Origin: Candidatus Baldrarchaeum yapensis
GTDB taxonomy: Archaea; Asgardarchaeota; Baldrarchaeia; Baldrarchaeales; Baldrarchaeaceae
Direction of reading: 5' to 3'
NCBI GenBank assembly: GCA_016840465.1
Contig: JAEOSH010000003.1
Coordinates: 1 to 32,000 of the forward strand
Length of the DNA: 32,000 nucleotides
In this document: positions 26,399-32,000 of the stretch, piece after piece
Layout: each line of letters opens with the position of its first letter
Position numbering within the stretch: position 1 is the first letter of the stretch
The notes under the pieces: model-generated
Databases searched by the model: none
What the model was told of the DNA's origin: nothing
The model's input: the letters and a program-made list of their open reading frames with translations, nothing else
Position numbers and translations under genes: made by a program

Positions 26399-27510
26399 TT
26401 CTTATGTGAGCCTCCTCTTATTAAAAGTTGTATGTTCTCCTTAAAGGGTGGCTTCACGAGCCCTTTTTCGGTTATAAACAAAGTTACGTACTCGTGAGGC
26501 GTTACATCGAAAACGGGATTATGCGCCCGTGAGCCAAAGGGCGCTATCCGGACTCGGCGCCATGCTCCCTCATCATCCAATCCCCACACGTAAAATATCT
26601 CATCCTCACTTCTTTCTTCTATTGGTATATTGTCACCGTTGGGACAGTTTAAATCGAATGTTTCGAGAGGAGCTGCAACATAAAAGTTAACGTTATTTGT
26701 TTTTGCAAGTATTGCCAAGGAGTACGTGCCTATCTTATTAGCTACATCGCCATTTGCTGCTATTCTGTCCGCACCAACAAATACGCTTCTTATGAACCCT
26801 TTTCTCATAAAATATCCTGCCGCGCCATCTGATATTATGTAATGTTCTATTCCCTCCATTTCAAGTTCCCATGCAGTCAGTCTCGCGCCCTGGAGCCAAG
26901 GTCTCGTTTCATCGACAAGAACCTTTATTTCTTTACCCTGATAATGCGCCATACGTATGGGCGCCAATGCGGTTCCCCAATCAACAAAAGCCAATGCCCC
27001 AGCATTGCAATGCGTGAGTACAGTATCCCCATCGTTTATGAGTTCGGCTCCAAATTCTCCAATTTTCCTACATATTTCTACACTTTCCTCTGCAATTCTC
27101 TGCGCCTCGTCATACGCGACATCTTTCGCCTCATCTACATTTCCACACTTTCTAACAGCACTCAAGACCCTATTTATATTGTAGAAGAGACTAACGGCTG
27201 TTGGCCTTGATGCGCGGACAACATCTAGCCTATTGTTCAACTCCTTCATGAATTCTTCAAAATTTGAAGTTCTTATCGTATTGGCTGCTTGTGCAACTGC
27301 AAATGCCGCGACAACACCTATCGCACCAGCACCTCTGACTATCATCTCCTTTATCGCGAACGCTGTGGTCTTGTGATCAGGACTTTCGAAAATTTCGAAC
27401 CTGTGGGGAAGTTTCCTCTGATCTATCATTTTAACAACTCTGTTTTCCTCCATCCACACGGTTCTTATTTCCATCTCATTTCCATCGATTTTCACACGCA
27501 CATGCATCAC
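26395..27510 (-). CDS. mtnA: S-methyl-5-thioribose-1-phosphate isomerase (eIF-2B alpha-like family)
   Basis: VRGAGAIG, SRPTAV, LTHCNAGALA, DETRPWLQGARLTAWEL, GADRIAANGDVANKIGTY, FDVTP. THCNAG and QGARLT favour MtnA over ribose-1,5-bisphosphate isomerase. Confidence 0.85.
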   Translation of the reverse strand: MMHVRVKIDGNEMEIRTVWMEENRVVKMIDQRKLPHRFEIFESPDHKTTAFAIKEMIVRGAGAIGVVAAFAVAQAANTIRTSNFEEFMKELNNRLDVVRASRPTAVSLFYNINRVLSAVRKCGNVDEAKDVAYDEAQRIAEESVEICRKIGEFGAELINDGDTVLTHCNAGALAFVDWGTALAPIRMAHYQGKEIKVLVDETRPWLQGARLTAWELEMEGIEHYIISDGAAGYFMRKGFIRSVFVGADRIAANGDVANKIGTYSLAILAKTNNVNFYVAAPLETFDLNCPNGDNIPIEERSEDEIFYVWGLDDEGAWRRVRIAPFGSRAHNPVFDVTPHEYVTLFITEKGLVKPPFKENIQLLIRGGSHKK

Positions 27511-27516
27511 CCTTGT

Positions 27517-27580
27517 CCCCGCTCAGCTACCCCAGGGTTCTCGTCACCCATCCTTTGAGGTGACTCACATCATCGCGGGG
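27517..27580 (-). ncRNA. Box C/D methylation-guide sRNA
   Basis: Minus strand reads CCCCGC-g-ATGATGT(C)-GAGTCACCTCAA-AGGA(D')-TGG-GTGACGA(C')-GAACCCTGGGGTAG-CTGA(D)-GCGGGG. Perfect 6-bp terminal stem, 64 nt, intergenic. Confidence 0.78.
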
Positions 27581-27770
27581 CTAGTTATTAACTGTGTTAC
27601 ATGGACCTATTAAGGAGAGTGGCAATAACAAATGATATGTTACTAAGGGCGTATGACACGAGCTGGTGAAGTAGAGTTACCCTCAGGTTTACTTTGTAAA
27701 GTTTTGCTTATCGAAGGTTTTATGTTTTCAGAAGGCATGTGTTATCTAGTGCACGCAAAAGGTGTAATTT

Positions 27771-28871
27771 ATGGGTTGGTACCTAAGGAGACGTATATAC
27801 ACATTCTCGGAAGGAAAGGCATTCCACGCAATGATTAATGAAAATACATCTCTAATGGTGATGAAACGATCCTCTAAAACGATTTTCATCCTAAAAAAGG
27901 ATCTCCTCAAGTACAAGTTCGATGTTTTCGCAACCGAAGCCCCTATAGTCAATCTGATGGGGGGAGAAGAGCCCTGGGAAAGCATGATCATAAGTTCAGA
28001 AGTTCTTGAGAAGGAAATATTTCCTATAAGCGATAACCTCGTCGAACTCACAAACCACAAGGGTATCCAACTCAAGTTCATAAGGCTCTGCATAGGCGCG
28101 AATATGAGGGACTTCGTAACAATTGACGAAAGCGACCTCGTTGATCAGGGTGTAAGCCCAACATTAGAGGGTCTTAAAGAATTCTTCGTATCGCATAAAG
28201 ATATGATAGTTGGGCTAACAGTGAGAAGGTACGATGGCAGACAGGGAAACTTAATATTCCTCGAGGCAGAAGCAAAATTTCCAGTGAAGGAAATTTCAAC
28301 ATTCAAGGTGTTAATACTCTCGAGCCTCGCTCAGCGTGGAATATACTCGATGAAGCACCATGTGCCGTTCGGCGTCCACGCCTATGTGATCATCGACTGC
28401 ACAGAGATAACCGGATTAGTGATAAAACTTTTGTCAAAACTCGGAGTTGACTGGAGCACCTTGATATTGAGAAGGTCACAAGCAATAGGCGATTGGATCA
28501 AAGTGGAATGTACACTCAATAAAAATAATTTGAGAAGCTTTCTCCATCGCAAGTACACGAGCCTCACTGATATCGATATAAAGGAAATTGTACGCTTTGC
28601 CACTAAAAACGGGGGATCAATCGAAGCAGCATTAATAATGGCGGAAATAATCAATAGGCAGAGAAGAAGGGAGTATAGTCGCGGAGAGTTGCTGGTAGAC
28701 AGAAGAGTACTCGTGGATATAGCTGCAGCTGCAAGTTTAGCCGCGGATCTCTGCGGAGTTGAAGAAGTAGACACATCAATATGGCAAGTAGATCAAGAAG
28801 AAGTTGAGAGAAGAAAGAAAGAATTCCTAAGAGATTTTGGAAGGCTTCTTGGCCTTGAAGCTGAACAATGA
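27771..28871 (+). CDS. Hypothetical protein (366 aa)
   Basis: Long ORF with SD-like GGTG upstream; no confidently recognised family. Confidence 0.7.
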   Translation: MGWYLRRRIYTFSEGKAFHAMINENTSLMVMKRSSKTIFILKKDLLKYKFDVFATEAPIVNLMGGEEPWESMIISSEVLEKEIFPISDNLVELTNHKGIQLKFIRLCIGANMRDFVTIDESDLVDQGVSPTLEGLKEFFVSHKDMIVGLTVRRYDGRQGNLIFLEAEAKFPVKEISTFKVLILSSLAQRGIYSMKHHVPFGVHAYVIIDCTEITGLVIKLLSKLGVDWSTLILRRSQAIGDWIKVECTLNKNNLRSFLHRKYTSLTDIDIKEIVRFATKNGGSIEAALIMAEIINRQRRREYSRGELLVDRRVLVDIAAAASLAADLCGVEEVDTSIWQVDQEEVERRKKEFLRDFGRLLGLEAEQ

Positions 28872-28883
28872 CTTCGCCTGTTC

Positions 28884-29150
28884 TCAATAAAGTTTTCTTA
28901 TATCAAACTTTAATTGTATCTCTCTCGCAGCCCTCCTTAGCAAACTCATAATCCTCGAAATCAAAGTCTCGCCGTACCTTGTTAGGAATATCGTAACCTG
29001 ACCCCATTGGGGAAAGAACACAACGACGAATAAGAACTTCTCTCCATTCCCGATGTAAAACTCATATCCGTGCCTTCTGTACTTAAATCCGAGATCTCGC
29101 ACTCCATGTTCGAAGGCGTCCATTATCGATCTCATAAGGTGACTCCTCAT
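28884..29150 (-). CDS. Small hypothetical alpha/beta protein (88 aa)
   Basis: Starts 2 nt after the stop of the upstream gene, consistent with an operon. Confidence 0.65.
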   Translation of the reverse strand: MRSHLMRSIMDAFEHGVRDLGFKYRRHGYEFYIGNGEKFLFVVVFFPQWGQVTIFLTRYGETLISRIMSLLRRAAREIQLKFDIRKLY

Positions 29151-29152
29151 CG

Positions 29153-30154
29153 TTAATAAGTAACTTGTTCTCTAATTCTATCCTTCCAATCAGCAAGCTT
29201 TTCTATGAGAGAGTTTATACTTCCATGGCCACTCCTCCAAGCCTTAATTTCACGTCCAATTTCGTATCTTATCCTACCGCCGAAAGTCTTGAGCCTAGAC
29301 TCGAGAATCTCGGATAATACCTCAAGCATCATTGCAATATCCGCTGGATTCTGATTTGTCTGCACAATCTTTGCAATCTCATTCAATATGTCGACAGTTC
29401 TCATGTCCCTCCATTTCTCGCTCAATTCGTTTCGAGATAAGGTGACGGCTGATGGCCTCATAGGAGGCGGAGGGGGCGATGGAGGAGCCATAGGAGGGGT
29501 TTTTGGTTCCTCCATAACTTTAGTTATAGTCGTGGGAGGAGCTACCTGAACTTCTACTCCCTTGGTCATGTATGGTAGAAACACACTACGTCCTTCCACT
29601 TTTACGCATCCCATTGACATTAATTCTTTTAAATGGTCTAAAAGGGAATCTTCATTCAGTTTTAACGACGAAGCAAGTTGATCGATGGACTTTGAACCCT
29701 CAGAGAGTAATAAAAGAACCTTCACTTTGACATTTTCTGAATTTAAAAGCCTCTCCTCTAGGGTCTTTCTCACATTCTTGTCGCCAGTTAGGTATCTCGC
29801 AACCAGCAACATTAACTCCTCGACATCTCCTTTTGCTTTTTCGGAGGGGGCCTCTGAAGAAACAACTTGGCCTCTTTCCGAACCCAATTCAACAACTTCT
29901 GGTATCTTTTCAGAAAGTATCCGTTTAAGACTCGCCTGCATGCGTAATTTTGCAATCTCTCTTTCCAAGCTTTTTACTTTTTCTTCAAGTTTTTCTCTCT
30001 CCTCCTCTAAAAGCTTTATTTTATTATTTGTCTCCTCGAGTCTCTGCTTTAACTTTGAGATCTCTAATTTCTGTTCCTCTATTATCCTATTTTTCTCCTC
30101 TAGTAGACGCTTCACCTTTTGTAAGAGAGAAGCGCTGGTGCTCATCTCAATCAC
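29153..30154 (-). CDS. Coiled-coil + winged helix + polyproline + C-terminal helical domain protein
   Basis: Residues ~10-80 heptad-rich; ~141-193 wHTH-like; 217-234 PKTPPMAPPSPPPPPMRP; 240-333 helical. GTGA overlap with the Nudix stop; alternative start ATG 30145. Confidence 0.78.
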   Translation of the reverse strand: MIEMSTSASLLQKVKRLLEEKNRIIEEQKLEISKLKQRLEETNNKIKLLEEEREKLEEKVKSLEREIAKLRMQASLKRILSEKIPEVVELGSERGQVVSSEAPSEKAKGDVEELMLLVARYLTGDKNVRKTLEERLLNSENVKVKVLLLLSEGSKSIDQLASSLKLNEDSLLDHLKELMSMGCVKVEGRSVFLPYMTKGVEVQVAPPTTITKVMEEPKTPPMAPPSPPPPPMRPSAVTLSRNELSEKWRDMRTVDILNEIAKIVQTNQNPADIAMMLEVLSEILESRLKTFGGRIRYEIGREIKAWRSGHGSINSLIEKLADWKDRIREQVTY

Positions 30155-30588
30155 TCACTCCTTAAAAGATGTAGCTTCTTAAATAATTTTTCGCAGGAAC
30201 TTGTCAGGGCGTAATTTCTTAACTCCTTAATATCGACCCATCTTGCATCATCTGCATCTGTGGACGGTGATAATTCCCCACCTTTATAGTCGGCGAGGAA
30301 GTCTATTATGACATAATGATACTTCACGTTGCCATCCTTATCGCGTATAATAACATCTATGGCATCGATAACTTCTCTCGGCTCTATAAAAATTCCCGTT
30401 TCCTCAAATATCTCGCGCCTCACGGCATCCCTTAATGTCTCACCGAGTTCAACAACCCCGCCCGGAACACTCCACTTCCCCTTTCCCGGATCGTATTTCC
30501 TCTTTATCAGTAGGACCTTGTTATCTTTAAACACTACAGCTGCAACGCTCACTATGGGCATTCTCGGGTACTCGCGCCTCTCGGTCAT
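30151..30588 (-). CDS. Nudix hydrolase (ADP-ribose pyrophosphatase-like)
   Basis: Nudix box PGGVVELGETLRDAVRREIFEETG; HYVIIDF; DADDARW. ATG 30588 preferred; the track start is GTG 30615. Confidence 0.9.
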   Translation of the reverse strand: MTERREYPRMPIVSVAAVVFKDNKVLLIKRKYDPGKGKWSVPGGVVELGETLRDAVRREIFEETGIFIEPREVIDAIDVIIRDKDGNVKYHYVIIDFLADYKGGELSPSTDADDARWVDIKELRNYALTSSCEKLFKKLHLLRSE

Positions 30589-30812
30589 TGGTAGTACCCT
30601 AACAGTAATTTTCACCGTAAACCTACATCTAGAACGCTTTAAAAGTTTAGATGGCGTTCATAACCTACAATCCCCCTCGTTAGTATTGAAATCCCAAAAC
30701 CTCTGATGAAATCTCTACAGAATCGCTGGAGAACGCATAATTAGATGTTGAAAATCACACTAAGACCCACACTTATATGAACATTTGTTACAATCTTATG
30801 TAATTATGTAGT

Positions 30813-31322
30813 TTGAGGAATCAAGTGGGGTGTGTTGAGATATTCAAGGTTACTGTACGTGGAACTGATTTAAAATTCTCAGCGGCGCACTTCCTAATAG
30901 GGGAAAACGTGAAAGAGGGAATACACGGCCACAATTATGAGGTCGAGGTCTCAGTATGGGGGGCATTAAACGCTGATTACATGGTTGTAGATTTTAGGAA
31001 ACTAAGGGATCTCGTTAAAGAGATTTGCAAATCCATCGATCATAAGGTAATAATCCCAAAAAATAATGGCTGTCTGAAAGTAAGTACAAATGGCGATAAG
31101 GTCGAGGTGAGGACAGAAACTTCCACATATGTCTTTCCGAGGGACGACGTGGCGTTTCTCCCAATAGAGGCGAGCACCGCCGAACTTCTTGCAAAATACT
31201 TATGCGACAAAATAATCGAGAATCTGCTGGAACATCATGACAACATCTATGGAGTTGAGGTCAAAATATACGAGCATGCCGGTAGCTGTGCAACATATAC
31301 ACGGAAAATCCGTGGTGAGTAA
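30813..31322 (+). CDS. 6-pyruvoyl-tetrahydropterin synthase family (COG0720), ExxHGH type
   Basis: FSAAHF, EGIHGHNY, VDF, DH, STAELLA, V.V.IYE. Start is uncertain (TTG 30813). Confidence 0.88.
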   Translation: MRNQVGCVEIFKVTVRGTDLKFSAAHFLIGENVKEGIHGHNYEVEVSVWGALNADYMVVDFRKLRDLVKEICKSIDHKVIIPKNNGCLKVSTNGDKVEVRTETSTYVFPRDDVAFLPIEASTAELLAKYLCDKIIENLLEHHDNIYGVEVKIYEHAGSCATYTRKIRGE

Positions 31323-31809
31323 GCTGGGACGTGGAGTTTACACTTTAGTTATCAGGGTTAAACGTCAATTAAGGAAGAAAATAGGAAAATTTGGCGAGTA
31401 TGTATTCCCACCAGGCCTGTACGTCTACATCGGATCTGCAATGGGGGAGGGGTCTACAAGTCTAGAAAACCGGTTAAAAAGACATTTTTCGAGAAATAAG
31501 AGGTTAAAATGGCATATAGACTACTTATTGTGCGATCCGAGCGTTGAACTTGTAGGAGCAATCTATGCGTTATCGGAGCGAAGACTGGAATGCGAATTAT
31601 CAAAAACAATTGCACAACATCCCGCATCGAGAGTTATTGTCAGGGGATTTGGCTCGTCGGATTGTACAAGCGGATGCCCCTCTCATTTGTATAAAATCGA
31701 ATTGGAGATACACGATCTCCTTAAGATGTTATTTAAGTGTTTCACAAGTGTCGATGTAGAGCCTCATTGGATTGGCGCTAAAAACCATAAAACCTTCGTA
31801 AAGGAGTGA
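31315..31809 (+). CDS. GIY-YIG (Uri/DUF123) family endonuclease
   Basis: GVYTLVI, YVYIGSAMG, RLKRH, WHIDYL, EC.L, GFGSSDC..GCPSHL. Likely start GTG 31312 or 31315. Confidence 0.85.
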   Translation: MSKLGRGVYTLVIRVKRQLRKKIGKFGEYVFPPGLYVYIGSAMGEGSTSLENRLKRHFSRNKRLKWHIDYLLCDPSVELVGAIYALSERRLECELSKTIAQHPASRVIVRGFGSSDCTSGCPSHLYKIELEIHDLLKMLFKCFTSVDVEPHWIGAKNHKTFVKE

Positions 31810-31875
31810 AACAAATTTATATCACAAATACGTGTTCATCTCTCTACTCAAGAACTTCAGGATCGGTGCTGGATT

Positions 31876-32000
31876 TTGAATAGGGTTTACATAATAGGCG
31901 TCGGAATGACAAGAGTCGGAAGACATTATGATAAAACGCTAAAGGTCTTAATATCCGATGCGGCTCTTGAAGCACTGAAGGACGCGGGCTTCCCAAAAAT
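31876..32000 (+). CDS. Thiolase-family protein (acetyl-CoA acetyltransferase-like); truncated by window edge
   Basis: Manual translation from TTG 31876: MNRVYIIGVGMTRVGRHYDKTLKVLISDAALEALKDAG. TATA-like TTTATAT at 31816-31822. Confidence 0.85.
   Translation, partial: MNRVYIIGVGMTRVGRHYDKTLKVLISDAALEALKDAGFPK

Noticed and set aside
27653-27838. 61-aa ORF overlapping the start of 27771-28871 (possible frameshifted N-terminus)
   Set aside because: No motif, weak SD, no obvious slippery site; the downstream ATG 27771 has its own SD-like GGTG.
30700-30770. TGATGA box-C-like words here and near 25965-25985 (minus strand)
   Set aside because: No properly spaced CTGA box D and no terminal stem, unlike the 27517-27580 sRNA.
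1-32000. CRISPR arrays, tRNA/rRNA genes, IS elements, Sec/Pyl read-through
   Set aside because: No regularly spaced repeats, cloverleaf/T-loop in intergenic DNA, transposase motifs or interrupted conserved ORFs found by eye.

Overview
Compact, almost fully coding archaeal chromosomal window. I saw no rRNA, tRNA, CRISPR array, integrase or transposase. Housekeeping content: DPM1-like GT2 (partial), ribosomal protein eL41 (too short for the ORF track), XPB-Bax1, MetRS, HAD-IIA hydrolase, aRF1, two wHTH regulators, ArgRS, a por gamma-delta-alpha-beta operon, THEP1 NTPase, a MacB/LolCDE-type ABC pair, MtnA, Nudix, a PTPS/COG0720 protein, a GIY-YIG protein and a thiolase (partial). The best candidate for an undescribed system is 860-6178. 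It encodes a 1029-aa helical-repeat protein followed 2 nt later by a divergent FtsZ/tubulin-family GTPase, then an orphan helical protein. The GTPase mixes FtsZ-like (T7 DFAD), CetZ-like and tubulin-like features, including an apparent tubulin H11-H12 C-terminal region. Other highlights: a membrane-anchored subtilase resembling eukaryotic Site-1 protease in architecture; a box C/D sRNA upstream of mtnA whose D guide matches the 23S peptidyl-transferase region; metG lacking a canonical start codon; an aRF1 with NIQD in place of NIKS; and a coiled-coil/wHTH/polyproline protein. The gene content suggests a TACK/Asgard-type archaeon, but the lineage cannot be fixed from the sequence alone. All comparisons with known families are from memory, not from database searches.
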